This document shows, piece by piece, positions 1 through 13,200 of a stretch of DNA of 64,000 nucleotides (within the stretch, counting starts at the first letter, position 1; each line of letters starts with the position of its first letter). Position numbers and translations under genes: made by a program. Below the pieces are notes generated by a model. The model was not told the DNA's origin and ran no database searches. It was given only the letters and a program-made list of their open reading frames with translations. The DNA is taken from the NCBI GenBank assembly GCA_043228905.1, contig JBHGNT010000002.1, positions 9,672,001 through 9,736,000 on the forward strand. Direction: 5' to 3'. This DNA comes from Azolla caroliniana. Lineage: Eukaryota; Plantae; Polypodiophyta.

Positions 1-943
1 CTCCCCACAAAATAAAGTGGACATCTAGCCTTGAATTGTGACGCAGCTCCATTAGACCAGACCCAATGCTGAGTAAGCTCCAAATGTTTAGCTAATAACC
101 ATTGCCAATGTAAGTTAAAACAATGTTGGACGAACAAGGTATCATGCTTCTTATCATCAGAAATAAAAAAATGAATTACTTTTTTAACATCACCTGAAAC
201 TCGAAAATATGTTATGTGCACAAAAATGGTTACCTGCGCTAAACACCAATGCATAGATTGAATTTCATTATGTTGCTTGAAAGTATAATTCTCTGTGAAA
301 TCTACTACTGAGACTACTACGTCATTTGGAAAATCAGATATGCAAGTCTTAAATTGACGGGCTTGCCATGAATAAATGAAGTTGTGTTTAATGAACTTTC
401 CTAGAGATACTACAAATAGAGACGCCAAATCCCTTGGTTTAAGCGACTTCCTAACTACATCCTTTCTTTTACACACCTTTCCTTCGAAATTGGTGTCAAC
501 TAACTCAAATAACTTGATAGAGATTACTATTTCACTACTCAATTCATTTGGACACCACCTAAATCTACTAGGGTCACAATCTTGACATAAACCCATGACA
601 CATTTATGATTGTGGAAGACGGCCTCAGTTTTTGTCGGACACAATACTGAATCTAAAAGACAACTCATGGAAGAGATAACATGCTCAGATCATTTACAAT
701 GCTCATGCGGGCTCGATCGACAAATTGGGCACACACAAGTGCAAATTGCATTTGTTAGGGAGGCGCTATGGTGACGTAGTAGATTAACAGAGTCCATGAG
801 AAACCCATTTGTACATGGTAAATGCAACAACATGTGTATCGATCCTTCAAGCGTCTCACAAAGTGTGGCTTAATAGACTTGAATGTTCGTAGTTGAACTT
901 TGATATTTGGATGCATTCGTCTAAACCTAATAAATAAATCGAC

Positions 944-1858
944 CTATGTAATAAAATGGACATACTGATTAACTCTATGGCTAAGTGATAGCTAATTAAC
1001 TACTACCATAATTTAGTATAGTAGTTAATTAGTTAACTGGTAGCTAATTAGCTACTACCATACTTTAGTTATAGTGGCTAATTAGCTAGTGCCATACTTT
1101 AGCTGAGTCGTTCATTAGCTAACTGGTAGCTAATTACCTAGTACCATACTTTAGTTGAGTAGCTAATTAGCTAAGTGGTAGCTAATTAGCTACTACCATA
1201 CTTCAACTGAGTAGCTAATTAGTTAAATGGTAGCTAATTAGCTACTACCATACTTTAGTACAATAGCTAGATAGTTAACTGGTAGCTAATTAGCTACTAC
1301 CATATTTTAGTTAGAGTGGCTAATTAGCTACTACCATACTTTAGCTGAGTCACTAATTAGCTAACTAGTAGCTAATTAGCTACTACCGTACTTTAGCCGA
1401 GTAGCTAATTAGCTAAGTGGTAGCTAATTAGGTACTACCATACTTTAGTTGAGTAGCTAATTATCTAAGTGGTAGCTAATTAGCTACTACCATACTTTAG
1501 TTATAGTGGCTAATTAGCTACTACCATAGTTTAGTACAATAGCTATTCAAGTAAGGGATTAACAATTCTAGTAGCTAATTAGCTATAGTCATAAGCAACT
1601 AATTAGCTACTCTTGTAGCTAATTAGCTATTGTGGTAGCTAAATAGCTATGAATGGTAGTTAATTAGTTATTCTAGTAGCTAAATAGCTATGTTCGATAT
1701 ACTTAGGGAGCTAATTAGCTATTACTGGTAGCTAGTTAGCTATGTTCATATTTGAGGTAGGTAATTAGCTATTCCGGTATGGTCATATTCAGAGGTAGCT
1801 AATAAGCTAACTAACTAAGCTCAAAAGTCGAAACAAATGTTGAGATAAATGTAAATAC
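944..1858 (-). other. GT-AG phase-0 intron of the transposase
   Basis: Minus-strand donor CAG|GTATTT at 1858 and acceptor TTACATAG|GTC at 944. Splicing joins ...DVPQ to VDLFIRFRRMHP in frame. Confidence 0.75.
976..1820. repeat. Satellite built on the 14-bp palindrome TAGCTAATTAGCTA
   Basis: Many near-perfect copies of (G)TAGCTAATTAGCTA(C). In the first ~550 bp they are separated by TACCATACTTTAG spacers; spacers are more degenerate afterwards. Confidence 0.95.
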
Positions 1859-2754
1859 CTGAGGTACATCAAGAAGATGAATAGGATGCTCCTTGTATTG
1901 ACTCCTTCCAACACGTTTCCTGCATAAATCCTTCTTATTGGGTGAAACCCTACTCTCATTAGTCTAAAATATTTTGATTATATCCTTGATTTCTGATGTT
2001 ATGGGTGTCATTGGCTTACATCTTGTTGTTAGCTTTAGTAGACTAGTTCCTTCACCCAAGGAAACTATCTAGTTCAATGTATTGTGCACACTTTTTCTAC
2101 TAACACCAATTACCTTAGATAGCACACTGATGTTAATATTGTCAACATCACTATTAAGTAACATCATTAGACTAGAACTTTTTAAGACAAGATCATCTTC
2201 TGACCTGCTCATGGATATGAAACTATTACGGAGATTATTTACTAGTACAAATGTTATGTTTGCATTAAGACCATCACAATCAACTAACTCCTTTATCCAT
2301 GGATCATTTAATATTCCATAAGGTACTACCTTCTTGTCTTCATTGCTAATGTGCTTGGTTTGAACATTGAAATAACCTACAACCTTTCTCTCTATGATAG
2401 TAGTCTCATTACTTCCATTCTCAGTGATATTTAGACCTATATCCCAACCAATACTATCTTTACCTTTAGTGAGTGTGGCTTTCGTATCTTTCAACAATTG
2501 ATGATGTTTTCTTTTTTTCTTCTGCTCAATACTTTCGTATCGCTTGTTGTATCCTAATAGCGTCATCCCTATCCTGTTGATCATTGAGGGGTAATTCTAA
2601 ACACCCTCCTTCCCCTTCCATTTGGCTTGACGGGTTTAAACCCTAATTTTCCCGAAAAAAAGACACGTATTAAAGATGGCTATGGGCAACAACAATACAC
2701 AAGATTATACACAACAATACACAAGATAATCAATAGACAAAATAGTTATTCAAA

Positions 2755-3625
2755 TCCAAGACCGAACAATGGCGGTTATCCAAGGCCGAATAGTGGTTGC
2801 TACTGAGTGTAGAATGGCAGTAGTGGAGGAGTGAACTCCGTTTGATCGGACAATTTTAACAATCCAGGACCGAACAATGGCAACAACTGAGTGTAGAATG
2901 ATGGAAATGGAGGAGTGAATTCTGTTGGATCGAACAGTGGCAGATGATGCTCTAACACATAGTGATGACAACTGAGAGTAGAATGGCAGCAGTGGAGGAG
3001 TGAACTCCTTTGGATCGAAAAGTGGCAACAATACACCACTGAACAGTAGCGGAAACTAAGTGTAGAATGATGGCAATGGAGGAGTGAACTCCGTTAGATC
3101 GAATAGTGGCAAATGATGCTTGGAACGCACAATGACGACAACTGAGAGTACAATGGTGGCAGTGGAGGAGTGAACTCCCTCAGATCGAAAAGTGGCAGCA
3201 ATACACAACCGAACAATAGCGGCAACTAAGTGTAGAATGATGGCAATGGATGAGTGAACTCCGTCAAATTGAAAAGTGACAACAATCTAGGACCGGTCAC
3301 CGAATAGTAGCGGCAACTGAGTGTAGAATGATGGCAATGGAGGAGTGAACTTCGTTAGATCGAACAGTGGCAGATGATGCTTGGAACGCATAGTGATGGC
3401 AACTGAGAGTAGAATGGCGGTAGTGGAGGAGTTAACTCAGTCGGATCGAAAATTGGCAACAATATACGACCTTCACAGTAGCGGCAACTGAGTGCAGAAT
3501 GGCGGAAATGGAGGAGTGAACTCCGTCGGATCGAACAGTGACAGATGATACTTGGACCACATTGTGCCGGTAACTGAGTGCAGAATGGCGGCAATGGAGG
3601 AGTGGACTCAATAGGGTTTAGCAAC
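2755..3625. repeat. Tandem array of ~10 units of ~85 bp with an alternating dimer structure
   Basis: Core ACTGAGTGTAGAATGGCGGCAATGGAGGAGTGAACTCCGTTGGATCGAA recurs near 2802, 2886, 2971, 3055, 3141, 3225, 3316, 3402, 3487 and 3573. Confidence 0.95.
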
Positions 3626-3879
3626 AGTGGTAGTAATCTAAGCCAGAATACTCAACCAAAGATGGTCCACATGATGTGGCAAAGGATCATGCATAATGGA
3701 CCTAGGAATTCGGTATATAATTTATGGTGCACATATCAATTTATGTTGCATGTTTATGTTGCACATTTATATAATTAAAACTCTCTACTATTTTCAATGG
3801 TAGCTCTTTGCAAAAATGACTATTTATCAATGGTAGCTTTTTGCATAGCTAATTGTTTCCACTCGCATGCTTTCACCCT

Positions 3880-4582
3880 GAAGCTTTCCACACATTCAAG
3901 TGGTTCATTGTTGTACACAATGCATGGTTTATCTCTTTTTTGGCTCTTCATAAGCATAATCTCTTTTTAGAGCTATTGACACTTAATTTAGCATGCATGC
4001 AATTGTTTTCCAATGCCTTCATAAGCTTTTGTGTATCTCCTAAAGTATTTGCAAAAGCACTACATCATCTGAATATAGCAAAAGCATAATCACAACATTC
4101 CCAATGGCAACTTCTTCAACACATTCTTCCATTGCAAACTTGGTAACCTTTTCTTTGAATTCATCAATGCATAGACCAAATAGTGTTGGTGAGAGTGGGC
4201 ATCCTTGCTTGAAATAATCTGAAAGTTTATCTCTCATACGCACACAACATATAACCTTCTCATAAATTCGGGAAATTGCAAGCATATATTCACTTGGCAC
4301 CTCAAGTTCTTCCATTCGCCTCCAAAGATTCTCACGAGGTACCATATCAAAAGCTTTCTTGAAGTCTACAAAGCAACAATATAAACCTTTACCTCTAAGG
4401 TGACTTTCCTCCATTAATACTCGAAGGGTGATCAATGGTGCTATGGTGTTTTCGAAAGTCAGCTTGTCCATAAGCTCTCTTAGCATTTTTTTTAGCCCAT
4501 ACACTTATCTTTGATTCCATTCTACATCCAAATAGTTTTGCCATTAATGAGCCAACCATGATGGTTCGATAGTTGTTTACAT
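3880..4582 (-). mobile_element. RTE-like non-LTR retrotransposon RT fragment (3' part)
   Basis: ORF 4040-4504 has CCFVDFKKAFDMVPR..LW, KQGCPLSPTLF and LLYSDD (RT motifs). The frame continues across the L1 insertion into 7883-7935. Confidence 0.8.
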
Positions 4583-7500
4583 TATTTATTTTTTAAAAGA
4601 AGGTTCACCTTGGTATTAATGGAAAGATGCCGAAAGGCTACAATGAATTCATACATTATATTACAACCCTCATATCCACATCAACTAGCATGTCAAGTAT
4701 CAAAAGCCCTCATGTAGGGTTGTTCCAAGAAGGGGGGTGGAAAAAGTCATCTTGGTGGAGCATATTTCCACTGTATTCTTTCTCCAAAAGAGGTGAAGAC
4801 CTCAATGTTTTGCCAAATTTTGCGAAACTGTTGTTCTTTACGAATCACAACCTCAGGCTCACCAGCTATTGCATCATATTGACCTCTTAAAGTGTGTAAT
4901 AGCATTAACCATACCTCTTTGACTAACTCAACTACATTCTATTTTATTTTCTGAAATACACATTTACATCTAGCCTTCCATAATACCCAAACTACTAGAG
5001 AAGATATCGTAGACCAGACCATATCCTCTTCCAAACAACAAACTATTGTAGTATCAGAGATCTCCAATACATGTCTTTCATTGGAGAGGAGAAGAAAATC
5101 ACCAAACTCCCTTCCATAGTTCTGAATTTCTTTAGCTAATCTTCCCCATCTCACAAAACCCCATGTGTACACCTACCTACCATAAATAGGATATAACATT
5201 CTCAACATTGATTTCCAAACTCCTCTAGCAATAGGACATATCCATAAAACATGGTAAACCGATTCAATGGGAGAACTACAACTATCACATTTTCAATCCT
5301 GGCAGTATCCCCGCATCCATGACTTCATAGGAATGCCATAATGTGTCAACAACCATCTAAATAACACAACTTTTTTAGGAATTTGCATGGCCCATAACCA
5401 TTTCCAATAAGCATTCATCCAAGAATTTGTTACATTACCAAATCTCTAGAATTTACAAGCTGCTGGTGTAACAGTCACACCTCTCCTTAGCATTTCTCTA
5501 CCCATTTTTACCGAATATTCAAAAAATGGGATTTGCCTACCTAGAATTCCTTGCGCTGATCTGATTTGCCATTCCCACTCACCAGGATCCCACAAAAGGC
5601 AATCAATGGGCTTATTCCCATAGACCCATAAATCAGAGAGATTGTTTACATAATTTGGATGTGAGTTCAATATCCATTTTTTATCTTTCTTCCACAATAT
5701 ACGAATAAGGAACCTATTTCCTTGAGTTACAATTTCATCTTCCACAAAGAGAGAATGAAGTTGTCCAAATGGCAAAACATCGAAGTAAAGGCATTCATGA
5801 ACGTTTTTATAACCCCTAACCCCCAATAAGACATGTAGGGCTGAAAACATACCATACCAAAATAGACTAGTTTGAGAAGGCTGAAAGGAAGATATTGTAA
5901 AGACTCTATCCATTTCTACATACATAATGTTCCCTCCCCAAATTGTACTACAAACATGGGTTTTGTTTTCCATCGTAGAAGAAGAAAAGGTCAGCCAATT
6001 CCAAACTGACTTAGCTTCACCTTTATCAAAGTCAGCCCAATTCAACCTAGTTCTCTTCCCTAACATTACCCCCTCTTCTGATGTACATAGTGGGTTCAAT
6101 ATGAGGGGTTGACGCAACCATTCCTCCTTACATGATGGTAGAGATTGAACTAAGTTATGTTTCAAATCCCACCATGCCTTCATGATACCCCTAAAAAACT
6201 TATCTTGGTGAAAAATATCAATGGAATGGTTAAAATCTCTTTAAAACCACCATCTAATACTATCTTTCCAATTGCCACCGGTAGAAGGCATAACTTTAGC
6301 CATTCTCTGCCTTAAGATTTTTTTCCAAGGCTCCCCACTAGGCGACAAACCTCTGATAATAAATTTTCCTAATAAAGTGTTACATTGTAAAAGAGGCTCA
6401 AGCAATCCAAGACCACCCTCATCTTTTGGAGTTGTAATAACTTTCCAAGATACCATGGTTCTCACATAAGAACAATCTTTAGATCCCTAAAGGAAATTTC
6501 TAATAAGCCTTTGTACTTGAGATACAGAAGAACGTGAGCACAACCAAGCCGATAAAATGTACCAGATGGAAGCCAACAATACTTGATTGGCAACAACAAC
6601 CCTTCCTGCCAATGACAATTTAACAATATTCCAATATAACAATTTCTTCCTTATAGCAAGCAATAGAGGAGCTACATGATCTTCTCACGAGAGATTAATA
6701 CCTACCTGACATCCCAAGTATCTTATAGGTTTACCATGCAAAATCCATTGAAACCCTTCTTGTGGACACCACAAACGGTTTACTATTACCTACCCAGAAC
6801 CCCACTGATTTATTCCAATTAATAACAGTTCCAGAAGCATAGCAAAATGTATCGATAGCCTGTTGTACTCTAGAAAGATTATCGTTAGAACCTTGCAAAT
6901 ACAAGGTTGTATCATCAGCAAATTGACAATCCACAACTTGTTCCTCTAACCCTGGCTATTGTAGCCCTTTTATATTCACAATATTACTTGTAAGAAAACT
7001 ATTAAAAGCTTCTCCGATCATCAAATATAAAAAAGGAGCCAATGGATATCCCTGTCTCATTGGCCTCGAAATTGCGAATGCTTGGCCTAACTCTCCATCT
7101 ACTAATACCCTACTAGTAGCTGAGTTGTAAAGAGCTGAGACAACCGTTAACCATTGATTAGGAAAACTCAACTTTTCCATGGTACCCCTCAAAAGAGACT
7201 AATCTCTGTCATAAGCCTTTTCGAAATCCAACAACAAGATTGCTAAATCCTCTTGCCTTTCTTGTGAAATTGCAACCGCTTCCCAAAATAGAAAAATGTT
7301 ATCTAATATACTCCTATCTTGTAAGAACCCTATTTGGGTGTTATGAATGATGTGTGATAAAAAAGGTTGCAATCTCATAGCCAACAACTTAGCATATATT
7401 TTGTAAATAGTATTCAATATAATTATGGGTCGCCACTTCCTAATATCAGCCACTACCCCTTCCAGCTTAGGAATAAGATAAATCATACCTTTGGTCCACT

Positions 7501-7869
7501 TACTTGGCATAAATCTAGTGTCAAACATGTCCTGAAATGTAGCAGTAATGTCAGTCCCAATAAGCTCCCTATAATTCCGGAAAAAATATGTTGAGAGCCC
7601 ATCGGTACCAAGGCATACATGGGAGCCAATTGCATCCAAAGCAACCCTTACTTCAAAAATCGAAATCGGTTTAACCAGAACATTTGACATGTGGACTGAA
7701 ACATGTGCATGTATGAACTATCACACAACTCTCCGTCTCTCCAATTGATCAAGTGTAAAACATTCGGTGGACAATAAACTACTATAAAATTTCGTAGCAA
7801 TATCCCTCATTTCTCCGGCATCCTCTGTAATGGATCCATCCTCCCTCTATAGTTGTTTCATCCCATTAC
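4583..7869 (-). mobile_element. 5'-truncated, degenerate L1-type LINE (RT plus C-terminal region)
   Basis: ORF pieces WRPIIILNTIYKIYAK, LLDFEKAYDR, RQGYPLAPFL, QFADDTTLYL, PKDEGGLGL and WVLWKARC. A short A-rich tail lies at 4583-4594 and the TSD TAGTTGTTTACAT at 4570-4582 and 7870-7882. Confidence 0.9.
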
Positions 7870-7935
7870 TAGTTGTTTACATTATTTATATCTCCACCTT
7901 TATGTAAAGGTTTGATCCAATTTGTAGTCCAATCG
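7870..7935 (-). mobile_element. RTE LINE remnant (5' side of the L1 insertion)
   Basis: Reads DWTTNWIKPLHKGGDIKYVN, which joins in frame to NYRTIMVGSLMAKLFG at 4570 once the L1 is removed. Confidence 0.8.
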
Positions 7936-8498
7936 TACGACATATCATGTTGCAATGTGATGATGAGAGAAAGAAAAAAGATAGAGAAGAGAAGAGGAAG
8001 ACAAAAGAATACTTCAATATACTATTAGGAAAACAAAACAATCCTCTTAGACTCCAAAAGTAACAACCCCAAATAACTACTTCAATATACCATTTTCTCT
8101 GCCTTTTTTATGCGTTTTTTTCTTTTTTCTTTTTCCTGCTTTTTCTATTTTTGGAAAATGCCTCTAACTTTATATCCCTTCAATTTCATTCATCTTTTAA
8201 CTCTTGAACCTTTCATATTGTGCTTTATTCTTATACACCTTAGCATCCGATGTATTTGCCATGGTCTTTTCTTACGAGCAAAATTTGACTTCACACAATA
8301 CATCATTAAACATATAGCTCACGTTTTACGCTCGATTATAATGAGGTAGCGATCGAATAAAAAGACCACATCCATACATGTGCTTCCTTTCCCGTCCATT
8401 TGAGCATTTTAGCCTTTATACATTGAAGATCGCTTGCCTTTCTAGAGGCCAATTTCGTAAGTCCTATGCATATTGATAGGGTGTATAAGACAAATGAT

Positions 8499-9004
8499 TG
8501 TCGTACACAATATGAGGGCTTGACCAAGTAGATTAGAGAGAGTTGTGAATTAAAATAGATTATAACGACCAAGGTAACTATGAATTAGAGAGGGAGACTC
8601 AAGGAATTAACACAAAAGGTAGAGAAGATGAGAAAGGGGTAAGAATGTTATAATATTCAATTATCAAGACCATACAAAGGAGATAAACTCCACATTGAAC
8701 TAAAAGGAGATAAAATCCACATTGAACTAAAAAACCAAAGACCTTCTTACTTCCAATCAGTCAAACCCACTACTAAGATCCTTCCTCTTCCACTAAGACA
8801 CCTCTTCCCAAGACTCCTCCTCCTCTATTAGGATCCCTCCTTCCAAGACTCCTCCTCTATTATAACCCCTCCACTATTAGGACCCCTCCTTCCAAGACTA
8901 TCACTTCCTCTTTTATAATTCTCTTTTTCTTCCTCGTTCACGCTATTTTTAGAAGCTTTTTATCTCCAATTTTTAGCTAAGACCCAATGACCTTCTAATC
9001 ATCA
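8499..9004 (-). repeat. LTR-like sequence X, copy 1, with adjacent PPT (9005-9018)
   Basis: Minus strand reads TGATG...CGACA and is preceded by GGATGGGGGAGATA. A near-identical copy lies at 25907-26388. Confidence 0.65.
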
Positions 9005-9022
9005 TATCTCCCCCATCCGAGT

Positions 9023-9620
9023 TGTTAGGTTTTTCTGCCCACATTAATAAGTAAATAAAAATGGGCCTTGGATGCCCAAAACTTGTATTTTTTAAAATAG
9101 TGTGAAAGGGGTTCAACAAGAAGACGTTACATATCTACACTATGTAACACATTCTTTTTTGAAGGTGTTAAAAAGGGAAAAACGAGCATTTCTCTGCTGC
9201 GACAGAGAAAAATAGATTTCAGAGAGCACATACTCTCTTTCTCAGCTAATTCCTTCAATCTTTTGGAAGGACATCAACACACTCAAACATCCGGACATCG
9301 CTACCTCCGTCATCAGCCACATGTTGTGAGTTTTGGTGGTCTTTGTGTTCCTTTTTTGTTGAGTTTTTATTTTTGAGGAGACACCAGATTCCTCAATTGC
9401 TCATAGTACTCTAACTTGTTTAGAGTAGAACTTTGGTGTATCAATTTTATATTGATAGGGAATTAGTTCTGGACTAGGTCCCGTGGTTGTTACCTCTTTG
9501 AGGGTTTTCCACATTAAAAATAAGTGGTGTATTGTGTATCTTTCTTGTTTTCTCTTTAAATCTTGCACAACATGTTTTTTGCTTTACATAAGTGTTTAAG
9601 TGCTACTAAGTTTCGGATCA
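9023..9620 (+). repeat. 5' LTR of Copia A
   Basis: TG...CA followed by AG and the PBS. Matches 25338-25900 except at both termini. Confidence 0.85.
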
Positions 9621-9744
9621 AGTGGTATCAGAGCGAGGTTGAGCACTTCTTATGGAGGCAAATTTTTCCACAATGGTTTGCTTGAACGGCACCCACTACC
9701 AGAAATGGAAAGGTAAGATGAAAGACCTTCTTTTTGTGAAAAAT

Positions 9745-10076
9745 TGTTGAGCGGCAAGCTCAACCGAAGCCTGATCGGCTGAATAAGCCGGAGCCGGTAA
9801 GCGAGACGGATCGGGCGAAATGGATCGGTATGACGGTGAGCAACCGAACCGACAAGCAGTGGAGGCCGGGTGCAATCCATAACCGGCAGTCCAATCGGAA
9901 GCCTATAATAGGATAGACTACTAGGTATCTATAGTCTCGTAGTAAGTGTCAGATGCTCGTGTGAGCCTTGAAGTACATGGTACTTCTGTCAGTCCCAAGA
10001 GGACTTGTATAAATAGTGCTACTTAGCACAGTGTGTAATGAAAAAGTCTTAATATAATTTTGAAATTGTGTTCTGC

Positions 10077-10117
<41 letters not shown>

Positions 10118-10159
10118 GTTGTTCTCTGTTTTACGCTTCCGCGAACACTTACGTTTACA
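9745..10159 (+). repeat. 5' LTR of Copia B
   Basis: TGTTG...TTACA with TATAAATA and a (CT)n tract. Confidence 0.95.
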
Positions 10160-10253
10160 TGGTATCAGAGCACGAGGGTTGAGAACCTCTGCTGCAGACA
10201 TTTGCTCTTGAGAAGAAAACCCTAACAGGTCGAAAACAGACACAGTAGAAGAC

Positions 10254-13200
10254 ATGGATAGAGGCATGGCTACGTCGCTCCCGGTGGAGAAGCTCGACAG
10301 GAGCAACTACACTTCCTGGTCTTACAAGATGCACCAGTACCTGCTTGGACACGGGTACTGGAGTTATGTCGAAGGAGCGAATGATGCGGCACCAGACTTG
10401 GCACACAAGGACTTCCCAGTATGGGAACAGGCGGCAAGCAGGGTGATGTACTGCTTCGCGTCTAGTGTCGGCGATCAACTGCTCAGCCACATCCGTGACG
10501 CCAAGACACCGAAGGATGCTTGGGGGAACCTGAAAAAGGTTTTCGCCGCAAGCACCATTGCCCGGAAGCTACAACTCAGACAGGAGTTGAGCAATGTTCG
10601 ACAGAAGAACATGTTCGTGGCAGACTACACGGGCCAGATAAAGGAGATCTACGACTCGCTTGCCTCTATCAATGTTACCGTAGAGGAAGATGAGATGGTG
10701 CAGGTATGTCTCGGAGGCCTGGCGTCCATGTTCAGAGCGTTCCGGACTGCGGTGTGTACAAGGGAGAATACCCCCTCATTCTTTGACTTACAGTCGATGT
10801 TCCTTGTAGAGGAGAACCACGCCGGTGCATCTACCAGTGCATCCCCAGACAACCGAATGCTGTACACGGGAACTGATCGGCTCCATGGGTGTGGTGGAAG
10901 AGGAGGGTCGGGACGCAATGGAGGCGGCCGGCAAGAGCAGGAACGGAGGCACTATGAGTGTGCCGACAACAATTCCAGGACTTCCACAAGCAGGGGGAGT
11001 CAAGGCAGTGCCGGAGGCCGGCAAGACAAATCCGCTACGGAATGCTGGTACTGTGGCAAAAAAGGCCACAGGGAAAGCGAGTGTTGGAGAAAGCGTGCCG
11101 ATTCGGACAAATCCGAATCCGGCAAGACCGGTAAGGATGGCCGGCAAAACTCGCACTACGCAAACGGATCAGGAGGATCCAGAACCGGAAAGGCCGGTAA
11201 GGGGCCAGCCTTGGTGTTGAATCACAAGGCAAACTCAATGAAGAAGACCATTTCCAAAACGGAGGAAGTGTGGTATGTTGATTTCGGCGCGTCGAACCAC
11301 ATGACGAGCCACAAAGAGTGGTTCTCCTTTCTGGAGAAACCGGATCAACCAGGAGTAGTCGAAACCGGAGACGACACTCCTCACCCAATCGTGCACGTCG
11401 GAGAAGTCCCTCTAAGCCACGTCGGACAGAAAGGGAAGCTGATGAATGTATTACACGTTCCGACAATCACGAAGAACCTGGTGTCCGTCGGTCAGATTGT
11501 CGACCAGGGGATGCAGGTGCGGTTTACGCACCTCGGGTGCTTCATTGAGGATGAGGGCGAAGTCATTGCGCAAGGGCGCAGAGATGGGAGGATGTTTATC
11601 CTCAACACCGATGACTTGGGCACCGCTCTGTTCGCGGAACGACAGAAGGTCGAGTCAGACATCGACCTGTGGCACAAGCGGATAGGCCACATCAACTATC
11701 GGAGGCTTCAAGACCTGCAAACGAAACAAGTCGTTTTCGGTTTGCCGAAGTTCAGCGGCTGGAGAGCCGAAATCTGTGAAGCCTGCCAACTTGGGAAGCA
11801 ACACCGGCTTCCATTCCCCACCGAACGGAACTGGAGCCGTAACAAGCTCGATCTCATCCATTCGGATGTGTGGGGACCGACACAAAGTGTAAGCCTTGGT
11901 GGGAGCCGATACTTCGTCTCCTTCATCGACGACCATACTCGACATACTTGGATCTACCTCATTGAACGGAAGAGCGAAGTCTTCGACTGTTTCCGTAGCC
12001 TCCAGAAGATGGTGGAACGGGAATCGGAGAGGAAGATCAAATGCCTTCGGTCGGATGGTGGAAAGGAATATTTTTCCGGCCAATTCACTAGTTATCTGCA
12101 GCAGAAGGGAATTCGGCGAGAGTTCAGCTGCAGATACACACCGGAGCAAAACGGTGTGGCCGAAAGGAAGAACCGGACACTCGTCGAAGTGGCAAGGGCA
12201 ATGCTGGAGGAAAAGAGCCTGCCCCGGTTCTACTGGGCGGAGGCGGTCCAGACGGCCGTCTACATACAAAACCGCATTGGTGACAAGGTGTCAGCTCATG
12301 AGCTATATTTCGGGCGCAAGCCGAACTTAAGACACCTTCGGATATTCGGCAGCATAGCGTATGTGCATGTGCCGGATCAGAAGCGGAGAAAGCTGGATGC
12401 AAAATCGGAAAAATGCATCCTAGTCGGCTATGCTCAAGAGTAAAAGGGGTATAAGTGCTATAACCCCCGGACGAAGGAAGCCCGAGTTAGCCGGGATGTC
12501 GAGTTCGATGAATCGGCATCCTGGTACTCCGTACCGACTCCGACTTCCAATTCCGACCCAATGCCGGAAGATCAGGCCAGTGAGCCTGAATCAACCCTGG
12601 CAGAGGATGATGGAGCCGGGACTCAAGATGAGAGTCCGGAATCGTTACGGTTGAGTGGACCGAACGAGCGACTGAGTCGGTTGGACCAGTTGGATGAAGA
12701 GACGGCAAGTGGTGGAGACTCTGCCGTGCTCTCCCCGTGCAAGGCACCGAGGAAACGGTTCACGCGCAAAGAGAAGGGGAAGAGGAAGATGCCGGAATTC
12801 GAAACCGGAAACCATGAGTCGGATCGGTGCGTATCCGACTCCGGAAAGGAGAAAGGCGGATCTTCGGCAACGAAGACCGAACTGTCCAAGAAGGGCCTCA
12901 AATCAGGTGACGGTGCGTTGCACCGATCAACCCGCCAGAAGGATCCCGTCATGCGGTACGGGTACAATGAATACAAGGCGCATCATTATGCTACATGACT
13001 AAGGTAACAGAAGTGCGTGAGCCGGAGAGCTACGCAAAAGCGGCAAAGGACGCAAATTGGCGTACCGCTATGGACGAAGAAATGCGGGCACTCGATGCCA
13101 ACGAAACTTGGGACCTAGTTGATCCTCGCCGTCACTGTAAACCGATCGAATGCAAGTGGGTGTACAAGGTCAAGTACAACGCCGAAGGTTCTGTTAACCG

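Larger units (their letters stand above)
1..2584 (-). pseudogene. Degenerate two-exon DDD transposase, Sola2-like (exon 1 2584-1859, exon 2 943 to beyond window start)
   Basis: Manual minus-strand translation gives ...RVSPNKKDLCRKR..HLLDVPQ|VDLFIRFRRMHPNIK..FKSIKPHFVRRLKDRYTCCCIYHVQM... then VVDFTENYTFKQHNEIQSMHW..QVTIFVH..ISDDKKHDTLFVQH..WVWSNGAASQFK. This matches the DF(A/S)ENY / EIQSxHW / SDG..QFK pattern I associate with Sola2-type transposases. It has in-frame stops, a frameshift near 805, and D->N in the SDG motif. Confidence 0.75.

Noticed and set aside
2638-2646. Telomere-like AAACCCTAA motifs (also ~10217 and ~51806)
   Set aside because: These are single telo-box copies, common in plant promoters and LTRs, and do not form an array.
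2755-3625. CRISPR-like repeat/spacer appearance
   Set aside because: The linkers are themselves repeated in two alternating types, the context is eukaryotic, and no cas genes are present.
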